A DNA stretch of 64,000 nt from an uncultured Candidatus Poseidoniales archaeon (GCA_902625325.1 CACOAW010000004.1:50647-114646), one strand, 5' to 3'. Positions 1-9,750 are shown, counted from the stretch's first letter. Made by a program: numbers and translations. Notes: a model not told the origin generated them from the letters alone.

Positions 1-482
1 CAGGCGGGCAGACCCTCACACTCAGTGATGCCATGGGAGAGAACGGTGCCGTGATCTTCTTCACTTGCAATCACTGCCCGTATGTGGTGGGGTCAGAGCC
101 CAGAATAGAGGACGCAGCTAATGTAGCCAGAAGCAAGGGTCTGGGATTTGTCGGAATCAACTCAAATGACCCAGTCAAGTATGAATCGGATTCATGGGAG
201 AACATGGTAAAGAGAGCTAACAAGGGAATGTCATACCCATACCTCCACGACTCAACACAGGAAGTTGCGATTGCCTACAGTGCGGAGAGAACCCCGGAGT
301 TCTACCTTCTAAATAATGAATCAATCGTAGTTTACAGGGGTCGCCTGGACGACTCTCCCAGAGATCCGTCACACGCTACTACTTCCGAACTAGACGACGC
401 GATAAACGAACTTACCTCAGGGCAGAAGGTGTCTGTGTCCAGGACAGAGAGTATCGGTTGCTCAGTAAAGTGGAAGGAATAG
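1..482 (+). CDS. Thioredoxin-family/AhpC-TSA-like redoxin (5' end probably outside the window)
   Basis: CNHCPYV motif, GINSND, A..TPEFY, YRGRLDD and GCSVKW tail; the frame is open back to the window edge. Confidence 0.85.
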   Translation, partial: GGQTLTLSDAMGENGAVIFFTCNHCPYVVGSEPRIEDAANVARSKGLGFVGINSNDPVKYESDSWENMVKRANKGMSYPYLHDSTQEVAIAYSAERTPEFYLLNNESIVVYRGRLDDSPRDPSHATTSELDDAINELTSGQKVSVSRTESIGCSVKWKE

Positions 483-490
483 GTGCTAAT

Positions 491-1312
491 TTGTCAACTG
501 GCATCCCTGCGAGGATATTCTACTCTGTAATGCGACTGGCTCCTTCCAGGGTTAGGATGAGAATGTGGAGAGGTCTATATCAGAGGATGGCAAAATCACA
601 GAAAGACTCCAACTTCCGATTCATGAACTACGGATTTACAGACGGAGATGAACTCGAACTATCGTCCGAGGATGAGGGAGACAGGTTGTTCATCCAACTA
701 TACAACATGAACATAAGGGATGTTGAGATTGAGGGCAACGAAGTCCTCGAAGTAGGGTCTGGAAGGGGAGGAGGAGCGAGTTGGATATCAAGGAAATACA
801 ACCCAAAATACCTACTTGCGGTAGACTATTCAGATGAGGCGATACGACTCTCTCAAGAATGGTTTTCTGGCCAGGATAATTTAGAATTCAGGGTTGGAAA
901 CGCTCAGCAACTTCCTCTACCAGATCAATCCTTTGATATCGTCTACAATGTCGAATCATCCCATTGCTATGCAGATATTCCAGCCTTCATCTCTGAGGTA
1001 TTCAGGGTCCTAAAGCCAGGCGGCAAGTTCTGCTGGACTGATATGAGGGATAAGAAGACCATGGAGAGAATGCACCAGAGTTTCGTCCAGTCAGGATTTA
1101 CCATACAGTCATGGACGGATGTGACTGAAAATGTAGTGGACGCATTGGATATTATCGATGAAGGCCGGAGGGAGATGATACGCCAAAGTGCTCCGCCTTC
1201 TCTCAGGAAAAGCTTCGAGACTTTCGGGGGGGTCCCCGGCACTCCTGTATACGAGGCTCTAAAATCAGGGAGGATTCAGTATTTCAGATATCTTCTTTCC
1301 AAACCTGAATAG
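491..1312 (+). CDS. Class I SAM-dependent methyltransferase (phthiotriol/phenolphthiotriol dimycocerosate MTase-like)
   Basis: VLEVGSGRGGG SAM motif, FMNYG, NVESSHCY, RVLKPGG; TTG start at 491 after an AGGTG SD-like sequence. Confidence 0.8.
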   Translation: MSTGIPARIFYSVMRLAPSRVRMRMWRGLYQRMAKSQKDSNFRFMNYGFTDGDELELSSEDEGDRLFIQLYNMNIRDVEIEGNEVLEVGSGRGGGASWISRKYNPKYLLAVDYSDEAIRLSQEWFSGQDNLEFRVGNAQQLPLPDQSFDIVYNVESSHCYADIPAFISEVFRVLKPGGKFCWTDMRDKKTMERMHQSFVQSGFTIQSWTDVTENVVDALDIIDEGRREMIRQSAPPSLRKSFETFGGVPGTPVYEALKSGRIQYFRYLLSKPE

Positions 1313-1326
1313 ACGATATTCTGACT

Positions 1327-1749
1327 CTAATACTGCTCTAGGACGAGTTCGGTCTGAGTTGAACTGATGTCTCCGGGTGCTGCTAACCACATTTTGTCCA
1401 GCATGTCCCTCAGAGCCACGGTATCATCAACGTGAACCACCGCAACTAGATCTGCATCGCCGCTGATTTCGTATACGCACTCCACGCCAGTCCACCCCGA
1501 GAACTCACCAGCCAGAGAACCAATCTCGGTACCCGAACCAACTTTGAGACGAATTAGCGCAGTGAGTCCTATTCCGGACTCTCTAACCGTATATCCTCTG
1601 ATTACCCCCTCATCCTCTAGCCTTTTGATCCTAGTTCGGACAGTCCTCTCTGTGACTCCGACTCCTTTGGCTATCTCTACGTAGGGGGCCCTTGCAGATT
1701 CTCTGAGGAAGGATAGGATTGATCTGTCTAACGAATCAACATTACTCAT
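1327..1749 (-). CDS. Lrp/AsnC family transcriptional regulator
   Basis: N-terminal HTH (LDRSIL...EIAKGVGVTERTVRTRIKRLEDEGVI) and RAM domain (VYEISGDADL). Confidence 0.9.
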   Translation of the reverse strand: MSNVDSLDRSILSFLRESARAPYVEIAKGVGVTERTVRTRIKRLEDEGVIRGYTVRESGIGLTALIRLKVGSGTEIGSLAGEFSGWTGVECVYEISGDADLVAVVHVDDTVALRDMLDKMWLAAPGDISSTQTELVLEQY

Positions 1750-1891
1750 ACTAATCTCCGAAAAACATGCAACTTATGGTTATTTCTTGGTGTTATGGAA
1801 CATTTTTTTTCAGAAAAACACACTTTTCTAGTCATTGTTTAATTAAGTAAAATTGGTTGTATTCAAATGGGACGACCTACTCTGATTTATC
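1750..1891. promoter_or_regulatory. AT-rich divergent promoter region between the Lrp gene and the hypothetical/enolase genes
   Basis: AT-rich intergenic segment with TATA-like TTTAATTAA near 1838-1846; divergent gene arrangement. Confidence 0.4.
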
Positions 1892-2326
1892 ATGAGTAAG
1901 GAGGAAGCAGTCTCCCAACTCAGGATTCAGGAGTATCTTGATGACGTTTCTGAATTGGATATTCCCCATTCAGAATCTCAATGGCACCATATTGACGTGG
2001 CATCCCTGTTGGATGGGACCAAGATCGAGGGTCATGAACTTGACCCAGCTACTGGGTCCTCGCTCATCTTCCTCCCAAGGAGCGCTATGTTGTGCTGCCC
2101 CAAGTCTGGCAGGATCCATCATTACCCTAAGCATCTATTGCACTGCTTCGTAGATGATAACCGTTCCAAATCTAATGATGCAGATGGGGTACTGATTAGA
2201 GCTGAACTATTCTCTATTTCACCTAATGAGGAGCAACTCTGCTGGGAATGCTCGTGCAGGTCAGAGCTGGAAGTACCAGAGATGCAGAGTAAGGTTTCTC
2301 GGTGGCTCAGTTGGCTTAACAGATAG
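1892..2326 (+). CDS. Hypothetical protein (Cys/His-containing)
   Basis: 144-aa ORF with ATG start filling the gap before eno; no recognisable family. Confidence 0.65.
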   Translation: MSKEEAVSQLRIQEYLDDVSELDIPHSESQWHHIDVASLLDGTKIEGHELDPATGSSLIFLPRSAMLCCPKSGRIHHYPKHLLHCFVDDNRSKSNDADGVLIRAELFSISPNEEQLCWECSCRSELEVPEMQSKVSRWLSWLNR

Positions 2327-2373
2327 AGATTCGAATCGCTACCTTGAGAAGTCAGGGTCTTGTGGGCTAGTCA

Positions 2374-3618
2374 ATGGGTGCCGCTATCAGCGACATCTTC
2401 GCTAGGGTCATCATCGACTCAAGAGGGAATCCAACCGTTGAGGTCGACTGTTATGTCGATGGTGTACTGAAGGGAAGGGCAGCGGTTCCTTCAGGAGCAA
2501 GCACTGGAACACACGAAGCAGTAGAATTGAGAGATGGCGGGACTCAGTGGATGGGCAAGGGGGTTCAAGATGCGGTTGACAATGTCAACGGTCCAATCAG
2601 AGAGGCACTGATCGGAATGAACCCTTCTGAACAGGAGAGAATTGACTCTGTCCTGATAAAATTGGACGGCTCTGAGAACAAAGGCTCCTTGGGGGCCAAT
2701 GCCATATTGGGAGCCTCACTGGCATGCCTGAGAGCTTCCTCAGAAGGAGAACTTTGGAAGCGTATATGTCACGGAGACGATACCAGTCTTCCAGTTCCGA
2801 TGATGAATATTCTGAACGGCGGAGCACACGCCGAATCGAATGTCGATGTCCAGGAATTCATGGTCGTCCCTCACGGTTTCCAGTCCTTTTCGGAGGCTCT
2901 AAGAGCCGGTGTCGAGATTTACCATTCCCTCAAGACCACGTTAAAGCAAGAGGGACTGCTTGGTGGAGTGGGGGACGAAGGTGGCTTCGCCCCGAATCTT
3001 TCTAGGAACGAAGAAGGACTACGTTTGGTCAGAGATGCAATAGAGGTAGCAGGATACGCTCCAGGGAAAGAGGTCTCCATAGCCTTAGACGTAGCAGCTC
3101 AGGAATTCTTCGATGGCTCAAACTACCTAATTGATGGAGAACTAGTATCTGGAATAAACCTCGGTAGAAAATACTCCGATTGGTTGGATGAGTATCCAAT
3201 CGTGTCAATCGAGGATCCATTCGGAGAGGACGATTGGGACTCTTGGAAGGAATTCACCTCCAGAGAAGGACACAGGGTACAGATAGTCGGTGATGACCTG
3301 TATGTGACTAATCCTAAGAGGCTCGAGAAAGGAATCTCTATCCAAGCCTCAAATGCTATACTAATCAAGTTGAATCAGATTGGGACCTTCACTGAGACTA
3401 TGGAAGTGATTCGTAAGTCAAGAGCGGCTGGTTTTGGGACTATAATCAGTCATAGGTCAGGAGAGACTTCTGACGACATAATTTCCGATTTGGCCGTCGG
3501 CACAAACTCAATGCAGATCAAGACCGGGGCGCCGGCTAGGTCAGACAGGACATCGAAGTACAACCAACTGATACGAATATCAGAGGAGGTTGGGAACTAC
3601 TCTCAACTATTCCAATGA
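2374..3618 (+). CDS. eno: Enolase
   Basis: DSRGNPTVE, VPSGASTG, GDEGGFAP, SHRSGET and IKTGAPARSDR motifs. Confidence 0.98.
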   Translation: MGAAISDIFARVIIDSRGNPTVEVDCYVDGVLKGRAAVPSGASTGTHEAVELRDGGTQWMGKGVQDAVDNVNGPIREALIGMNPSEQERIDSVLIKLDGSENKGSLGANAILGASLACLRASSEGELWKRICHGDDTSLPVPMMNILNGGAHAESNVDVQEFMVVPHGFQSFSEALRAGVEIYHSLKTTLKQEGLLGGVGDEGGFAPNLSRNEEGLRLVRDAIEVAGYAPGKEVSIALDVAAQEFFDGSNYLIDGELVSGINLGRKYSDWLDEYPIVSIEDPFGEDDWDSWKEFTSREGHRVQIVGDDLYVTNPKRLEKGISIQASNAILIKLNQIGTFTETMEVIRKSRAAGFGTIISHRSGETSDDIISDLAVGTNSMQIKTGAPARSDRTSKYNQLIRISEEVGNYSQLFQ

Positions 3619-4551
3619 GCAAAGTATCAGGGGGAGTACGATGCTTGCATCTGACTCGATTACGAACTGAGGAGTTTCGACTCCCAACTTACCCCAGCTA
3701 ATCTTCTCAGTTGGGGGAGCCCCAGAATAACCACCGTATGAAGGACTAGACTCCGAGATTTGAGCAAACCATGCCCAAAGTGGAACATCCACGCCAGCGT
3801 CCTGCCTAAGCATAGGTACGACTGAGATTGCGAAATCCCCTGAAATTCCACCTCCAACTTGTAGCATACCCGTGGGAGAGTCGTCCTCTCGATACCAATC
3901 CGCAAGAGATTGCATAGCGTCTAATCCGCCTCTCACAATCGCGTTGCTCTTGAGCGTACAGTCTATGACCTTAGCAGAAAGCAGGTTCCCGAGTGTTGAG
4001 TCCTCCCAGCCAGGGGTGAAAATAGGAAGATTGGCATCGGCAGCCGCTACTAACCACGAATCCTCTGGTGCCGAGGAGACCTTGAGATCTCCGTGAAGCA
4101 GGAGGTCGTATACGTATTCATGTGGGAAGCGACTGTCCCCCACAGCCTCGGATTCCTCCCACAGTGAGATCAATGATTCCCCCACTTTGGTGAACGTACT
4201 TTCAGGGATTGCTACGTCAGTAACACGATTCATTCCTCTTTGGTGAAGCTCAGCATCCTCTTCCTTGCTCTGATGCCTCCAATTTGGAACATGCTCGTAT
4301 TCAGATCTAGAGAAGAGGCCGAATAACTCCTCTTCCAGATTCGCTCCGGTGCAGCAAATTGCATGCACTCTCTGAGATCTGATTGCGGGGGCTAGGCTCT
4401 TTCCGATTTCTGCAGTGGACATAGCTCCTGCCAGAGAAATCATCAGTCTCCCTCCTCCATCTAGGAACTCCCTAAGGGAACCTATGCATCTCGCCAGTTC
4501 ACCGGCATTGAAGTGAGAATAGTTGGTTTCTATGAAGTCCCTAATTCTCAT
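3607..4551 (-). CDS. Deoxyhypusine synthase-like protein (bacterial-type DHS/homospermidine synthase-like)
   Basis: LAGAMSTAEIG, CTGANLEE, PGWEDST, GGGISGDF and YSGA..EKISWGK motifs. Confidence 0.88.
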   Translation of the reverse strand: MRIRDFIETNYSHFNAGELARCIGSLREFLDGGGRLMISLAGAMSTAEIGKSLAPAIRSQRVHAICCTGANLEEELFGLFSRSEYEHVPNWRHQSKEEDAELHQRGMNRVTDVAIPESTFTKVGESLISLWEESEAVGDSRFPHEYVYDLLLHGDLKVSSAPEDSWLVAAADANLPIFTPGWEDSTLGNLLSAKVIDCTLKSNAIVRGGLDAMQSLADWYREDDSPTGMLQVGGGISGDFAISVVPMLRQDAGVDVPLWAWFAQISESSPSYGGYSGAPPTEKISWGKLGVETPQFVIESDASIVLPLILCSLE

Positions 4552-4953
4552 CTAATCACTCCTGAATCTTTCGACTCTCTTCTCAAAAACTCTCCTCAAG
4601 CCGGGAATCTCGGATACCAGCGCGTCATTGATCATGGCTGCTACCTCAGAGGGGTCGCTATCTCCACAAGTGAAGACGTCGACGGCTAGAATTCCCCTCT
4701 CTGAGTAGCAATGTGCCGTTACATGGCTCTCATCGATAAGAACTACAGCAGCAAAACCAGGGGGGCTATCTCCTCCATCGAATATTTCTACGTGTGAATG
4801 GACCTCCCTCACTCCTGACTCCCTTACGCACTCCCTTAGAACCGATAGTACCCACTCTCCGTCTCCAGTTTCCCCCCTCTTGTAGTTGACATAGTCTAGA
4901 AGGACATGGGAACCTGCAGATTTGATATCGTCCACAGTCTCGAGCCAAGTCAC
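4552..4953 (-). CDS. speD: Pyruvoyl-dependent S-adenosylmethionine decarboxylase family proenzyme
   Basis: GSHVLLD, VVLIDESHVTAH (E-S autocleavage site) and VDVFTCG. Confidence 0.85.
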   Translation of the reverse strand: MTWLETVDDIKSAGSHVLLDYVNYKRGETGDGEWVLSVLRECVRESGVREVHSHVEIFDGGDSPPGFAAVVLIDESHVTAHCYSERGILAVDVFTCGDSDPSEVAAMINDALVSEIPGLRRVFEKRVERFRSD

Positions 4954-4966
4954 CGAGATTTCAAAC

Positions 4967-6103
4967 TCACTCTTGCAATAGCCAGGACTTGAGCCTCCTC
5001 AAACCCTCCATAATGTCATCTTCATCAGCAGCATATGAGATTCTGACGAAACCCTCGCCTCCTGTAATTAGAGACGCCGGGATTAGTTGAACTCCTGCTT
5101 CTAATGCCCCATCTGCGAATTCGATATCGGTCATCCCAGTCCCTGTTACGTCTGCGAATACGTAGAAAGCACCCTCTGGTTCCGGGACCCTTATTCCTGG
5201 GATAGAAGACAGCCCTTCCGTCATCAGCTTCCTTCTCTTCCTGTACTCACTGTTGAACTCCTGTACCGAGTCCTCGCATTCCAGTGCTACCTTGGCTGCA
5301 TCCATCATGAATGTCGGGATATGGGATGCTGAGTTGGCCTGGCTCTTCACCGCTGCTTTCATCGCCTCGCTCGGACCCGTGAGAAAACCTGCTCTCATCC
5401 CGGTCATAGCCCAAGACTTTGACCAACCATTGACCACAATGGTCCTCTCCTTCCCTCCGGGAATTGTCGATGGAGAAACGTGAGGCCAATCGACCCAAAC
5501 CATTCGCGCGTAAATCTCGTCAGAAACTATCCACAAGTCATTCTCAACCGCTATATCCACGATCTCCCTGATTTCCTCAGGAGTGAATACGGCTCCAGTT
5601 GGATTGCATGGAGAATTTATGAGGATCATTTTTGTCTTCTCAGTTACGGCTTCTCTAATTGCCTCCAAATCAGGGTGAAAGCTATCCATTTTCACATTCA
5701 CATGCACGGGCACCGCTCCGATGAATTCCAGCATCGGCTCGTATGATGCCCATGATGGGGAAAGGAGAATAGCTTCGTCTCCTGGCATAGTTGTAATCAA
5801 GAATGAGTACAGAAGGGCCTGCTTCGCCCCAGGAGTCACTACGATATCATCCGCCCTTGCCTCGATGTCATGGTGGATTCTGAGGTATTCGGAAACGGCA
5901 TTGCATAGTTCTAGTGAACCCGGTCCTCTGGTGTACTTCGTCTTCCCTTCTTCGAGACCCCTAATCGCAGCATCGACGATAGGGGATGGTGTTTCGAAAC
6001 CGGGTTCGCCGACGGTCCATCTGACGACCTCGGGCCCCGGAGGCTGGAGATAAGGGGCGAAACCGACACCGAGGCCCTCGAAGCGGGAAGACACATGAGG
6101 CAT
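4967..6103 (-). CDS. PLP-dependent class I (aspartate-type) aminotransferase
   Basis: GEP.F.TP, TPGAKQAL, NSPCNPTG, SDEIY, SKSWAMTGMRAG, PEGAFY and RISYA; start placed at ATG 6103. Confidence 0.93.
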   Translation of the reverse strand: MPHVSSRFEGLGVGFAPYLQPPGPEVVRWTVGEPGFETPSPIVDAAIRGLEEGKTKYTRGPGSLELCNAVSEYLRIHHDIEARADDIVVTPGAKQALLYSFLITTMPGDEAILLSPSWASYEPMLEFIGAVPVHVNVKMDSFHPDLEAIREAVTEKTKMILINSPCNPTGAVFTPEEIREIVDIAVENDLWIVSDEIYARMVWVDWPHVSPSTIPGGKERTIVVNGWSKSWAMTGMRAGFLTGPSEAMKAAVKSQANSASHIPTFMMDAAKVALECEDSVQEFNSEYRKRRKLMTEGLSSIPGIRVPEPEGAFYVFADVTGTGMTDIEFADGALEAGVQLIPASLITGGEGFVRISYAADEDDIMEGLRRLKSWLLQE

Positions 6104-6187
6104 GCCTTTCACACCGGCACCCACCCAATGAAGGTATGCCGAAACCCGGACAGCCTTCAAGAAAGAAAGTACGGTCGGCGGGATGAA

Positions 6188-6261
6188 GCACGAGTGGCAG
6201 AGCAGCTATGCAATGGACTGCAGATCCATGGACCCGGGTGCAAATCCCGGCTCGTGCTCCA
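6188..6261 (+). tRNA. tRNA-Cys (GCA), intronless, CCA encoded
   Basis: Acceptor stem GCACGAG/CTCGTGC, U73 discriminator plus CCA, anticodon arm ATGGA-CTGCAGA-TCCAT, T-arm CCGGG-TGCAAAT-CCCGG. Confidence 0.93.
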
Positions 6262-6266
6262 CCTAA

Positions 6267-7298
6267 TCACAGACCTGATATCTGTACTATCATGAACGCT
6301 GCCGATATCACTATTGCAACCATCACGAAGAAACGATCGAAGCCCCCCGAATCCAGCGGCTCACCCTGGAAGGTCATACCATCCTCGATGCCCTCGTCTC
6401 TGAGCCTTAGGTAGACCAGGAGGAAAATGAGCATGGTCGCCGGTCCCGAAATCGCATCCATCTCATTCTGCTCTGAGAACACTCTAGTTGGACCAAAGAC
6501 GAAACCGAAGTAGTTGGCTATCGTCACGGTAAGGAAAGCGAAGAGTGCAGGGTGCGCTACTGCCCACATCCCTCTAGCCCCTTGGGTCAGGAGAACAACT
6601 GCCCACAATACGTAAGTCAGTAGAAGAGCCCCAGTGAAGGCCACAGTAACTTTCGAGGGGGGTAATAATCCATCTCTGTAGTACATCCCAGCCAATGCGG
6701 GATTTTCCGTAGTGGCAGCGTCAATTACGGATTCCGGGTCAGCTATCTGCCTGAACACGTAAAAGATCCCCGTGGCGATGACTACGACCAGTCCCATCAG
6801 AGCCACTGGGTCCTTTATGCCGATACCGAACGAGAGCGAGTCCAAGCCCTCGTCAACCTCGTCCTCCGAACGGAGCATCATGTACGCGCCGGCATAAGCC
6901 AAGGCCACGATGGGAGTGAGGAATTTGGGGGCCTCGCTAGACTCGCTAGCATCGTTCCAGAACATCCAGATCACCGCGCTAGCTACGACTAGTCCAGCGA
7001 GAACGGGGAGCATCACCTTCCACATGCCACGCGCACCCTCATTGAGAATCAGCATGGTCGACATGAAAATCCCGAACATTAGGATGCCGTTGAATGCGAA
7101 CTCTGGTGCGCCAGCACCGTACGCTGGATCGCTGAAGGGAGCACCATTGTCAAGCAAGGTGAAGCAATCTTCTCCTGCAGTAGTGTAACACGTCGAGAAG
7201 AACATGAAGTTCAACGAGTAAACCAGTGTTACCAGGGCAGTCAGAAGAAGCAGCGCTTCTCCGGGCGTCGATTTTATTCTAGCAAAGACTAGGGCCAT
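6267..7298 (-). CDS. Multi-pass membrane protein with internal two-fold repeat
   Basis: About 8-9 hydrophobic segments; duplicated motif EGARGMW/QGARGMW. Confidence 0.75.
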   Translation of the reverse strand: MALVFARIKSTPGEALLLLTALVTLVYSLNFMFFSTCYTTAGEDCFTLLDNGAPFSDPAYGAGAPEFAFNGILMFGIFMSTMLILNEGARGMWKVMLPVLAGLVVASAVIWMFWNDASESSEAPKFLTPIVALAYAGAYMMLRSEDEVDEGLDSLSFGIGIKDPVALMGLVVVIATGIFYVFRQIADPESVIDAATTENPALAGMYYRDGLLPPSKVTVAFTGALLLTYVLWAVVLLTQGARGMWAVAHPALFAFLTVTIANYFGFVFGPTRVFSEQNEMDAISGPATMLIFLLVYLRLRDEGIEDGMTFQGEPLDSGGFDRFFVMVAIVISAAFMIVQISGL

Positions 7299-7342
7299 AA
7301 ATCACAGGCTTACCATCAGAATATAACCTGTTAGTACATTTT

Positions 7343-8296
7343 CTATGGGGAGAATGGTAGATTCTCAGGGTCTACGTTTCCACCACAAAGAATAATTCCA
7401 ATAGATCCGATTCCTTGCTTTTCTCTGAACTCATCCTTCAGTACTGCTGCCAGAGATATGGCTCCACTAGGTTCCACGACCATCCCGAACTCTTCGTGAA
7501 TCAGAGACATTGCGTCTAGTACAGCATTGTCATTGACTGTGACAATTTCTTCAACGTGACTCTTGATTATTGGCCACGTCTTCTCACCCATGCTGGTCAA
7601 CAGACCGTCACAGATAGTATCGGGACCTGTCTGGGGCACATACTCCCCGGTCTCCAAAGACCTAGCAGCATCGTCAGCCCCTTCTGGCTCTGCTCCGAAA
7701 ATACGGGCTTCCGGAAGTAGAGCTCTAGTGGAAATGCATGTCCCAGACATCAGGCCACCTCCGCCTATAGGGGACAAGATGGCGTCGAGGGTCTCACAAT
7801 CCTCAATCATCTCCTTCGCTACAGTTCCCTGTCCGGCTATGACGCTGAGGTTGTCAAAAGGATGGATGAAAGTTGCACCGGTCCTTTCAAGAACCGAATT
7901 CGCAGTAGAAATTCTCGCATCCAGGTTCGGCTCGCAGAGGATCACCTCTGCACCATGGCTAATGACGCCGTTGATCTTAACCTTTGGAGCGTTATTAGGC
8001 ATCACGATGTAAGCAGGAACCCCCCTCTGCTTTGCAGCCAAAGCGACTGCCTGTCCATGGTTCCCGCTGCTGTGGGTGCAAAGGCCGGCTTCAGCGTCGT
8101 CCCCGAGAACTCTTACTGCATTCGAAGCCCCTCTGAATTTGAAAGCCTTGACGTGTTGGGCATTCTCACACTTCATGAAAACCTTCCTTCCAGCGACTTC
8201 GTCTATTTTCGCGGAATTTACAACTGGAGTCCTCAGGATGACTCCTTCAAGCGCTTTGGCGGCTTCGATGATATCGGAGAACGCAACGTCTTCCAT
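7343..8296 (-). CDS. Serine/threonine dehydratase / serine racemase family PLP enzyme
   Basis: KCEN.Q...AFKFRGA, HSSGNHGQAVA, IAGQGT, PIGGGGL and CGGNVD. Confidence 0.92.
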   Translation of the reverse strand: MEDVAFSDIIEAAKALEGVILRTPVVNSAKIDEVAGRKVFMKCENAQHVKAFKFRGASNAVRVLGDDAEAGLCTHSSGNHGQAVALAAKQRGVPAYIVMPNNAPKVKINGVISHGAEVILCEPNLDARISTANSVLERTGATFIHPFDNLSVIAGQGTVAKEMIEDCETLDAILSPIGGGGLMSGTCISTRALLPEARIFGAEPEGADDAARSLETGEYVPQTGPDTICDGLLTSMGEKTWPIIKSHVEEIVTVNDNAVLDAMSLIHEEFGMVVEPSGAISLAAVLKDEFREKQGIGSIGIILCGGNVDPENLPFSP

Positions 8297-8358
8297 GTCT
8301 TATCAGCCTTCGCAGATGAGAGCAATACATCATTACTGCGGCTCGACCTGCTCATTAC

Positions 8359-8772
8359 ATGGTAAGCCAAAGCGAGCCGCAGTGGAAACCGCATGCAGTC
8401 GCAGCCGGGCTGTTGATTCTCGATGCCCTAGTGATCGGCGTCGCACCAGGCGGACCTTGGGATGACTCAAGTTTTTCCAGAGGGTTAATCGGTCTTGTAG
8501 GGGCATGCTTAGCCTATGTGGCTTGGTATCGTCGAACATTCAATAGAAAGGGACTAGTCCCTTGGATTGATCTTTGGGAGAAACCAGAGGAGTCCGCCAG
8601 ACTAGTTCTATATGCTTCCATAGGATTTCTAACAATTTCATGGATAGCCGGAAATCCAATGCAACCTCACCTTCCTGAGCCGACCGGGCTCGTCTTGCTT
8701 CTAGTTGGACTCCTCCTGGGCCTCCAGGCAGTATACGTGTATCTCGTCATCGGCCCTCTGAAGGAGGAGTGA
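8359..8772 (+). CDS. Hypothetical 4-TM membrane protein
   Basis: 137 aa with four hydrophobic helices; fits the gap between neighbouring genes. Confidence 0.7.
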   Translation: MVSQSEPQWKPHAVAAGLLILDALVIGVAPGGPWDDSSFSRGLIGLVGACLAYVAWYRRTFNRKGLVPWIDLWEKPEESARLVLYASIGFLTISWIAGNPMQPHLPEPTGLVLLLVGLLLGLQAVYVYLVIGPLKEE

Positions 8773-8773
8773 A

Positions 8774-9319
8774 CTATCTCTTCCCGGGTTTCCAGAACTG
8801 CAGAGGTAGCGGGGTGTCTCCTTTCATAGCCCTGAATGCTAGATGATCAGCTCGCTCATTCCACCTATGACCGGTGTGAGCAGACACATGCTCCCCTCTC
8901 AGAATAATCAAGTCAGATACTTCCCTCCATAGAGAACTTACTCTCCTTGCTAATTCTTGATTTGCCTTCGCCCTCCAAGTCCCCGAGGCTATGTTCAACG
9001 CATAAGTCGAATCACTCCTTACTATTGCTGCCTCTACCTCCTTCTCCCGAATAACCCACCTCAGAGCATGGGCGATCGCCGATAGCTCGGCGGTATTGTT
9101 GGAGCCCACTTCGGCGCCCAAAAAACCCCCGTCCTCTGGATCTGTGACGACATTTCCGAATGATTCCGTCAAAAGAGTCCCCTTACCGTTTCCAGACCCG
9201 TTATCCTCTGATATTACGCAGAACCCCCATCCAGCCTTGGTATCTGATGTAACATTACGATTCTCTCCGCATGAACCGTCAACGTAGATGTGAACCGGCC
9301 GAGTAGACCCCATGGTCAC
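8774..9319 (-). CDS. rnhA: Ribonuclease HI
   Basis: YVDGSC, SNNTAEL, SDS.Y and HVSAHTG..WNERAD acidic active-site motifs. Confidence 0.9.
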   Translation of the reverse strand: MTMGSTRPVHIYVDGSCGENRNVTSDTKAGWGFCVISEDNGSGNGKGTLLTESFGNVVTDPEDGGFLGAEVGSNNTAELSAIAHALRWVIREKEVEAAIVRSDSTYALNIASGTWRAKANQELARRVSSLWREVSDLIILRGEHVSAHTGHRWNERADHLAFRAMKGDTPLPLQFWKPGKR

Positions 9320-9711
9320 TCTCCGATAAGTTTGGAGTAACTGCCCGCATCTAGAAGCCCAGTCATATCTAAATCAGGACCTACTTTGATTTTACAAATC
9401 CACCCTGAGCCATATGGGTCCTCGTTTATCAGCTCTGGCGAATCTTCTAGAGAATGGTTCACTTCAGTTATGGTACCGGCGACAGGGGCATAAATCTCGC
9501 TAACTGACTTCACAGATTCGACACTCGCAAAAGACTCCATCGCACTCACCTCGATGTCGGTTTCGGGGAGTTCGACCCAGACTACCTCAGTCAAGGCATT
9601 CTGGGCAAAGTCAGTTATTCCTATACTCACTTCATCTCCTTCAACTTTAACCCATTCATGCTCCTCGGTGTATTTCAGCTCTTCAGGAACGTCTCCCATA
9701 GTAACTACCAA
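9316..9711 (-). CDS. gcvH: Glycine cleavage system H protein
   Basis: YTEEHEW, IGITDFAQ, VESVK (lipoyl Lys) and PELINEDPYGSGW. Confidence 0.96.
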   Translation of the reverse strand: MVVTMGDVPEELKYTEEHEWVKVEGDEVSIGITDFAQNALTEVVWVELPETDIEVSAMESFASVESVKSVSEIYAPVAGTITEVNHSLEDSPELINEDPYGSGWICKIKVGPDLDMTGLLDAGSYSKLIGE

Positions 9712-9750
9712 TCAACGCGAGCAGTGGACATAGGGTCAAGTTTTCGCTCT

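Noticed and set aside
6188-7300. tRNA-Cys as an integration site for an island
   Set aside because: No integrase and no duplicated tRNA 3' end were seen in the window.
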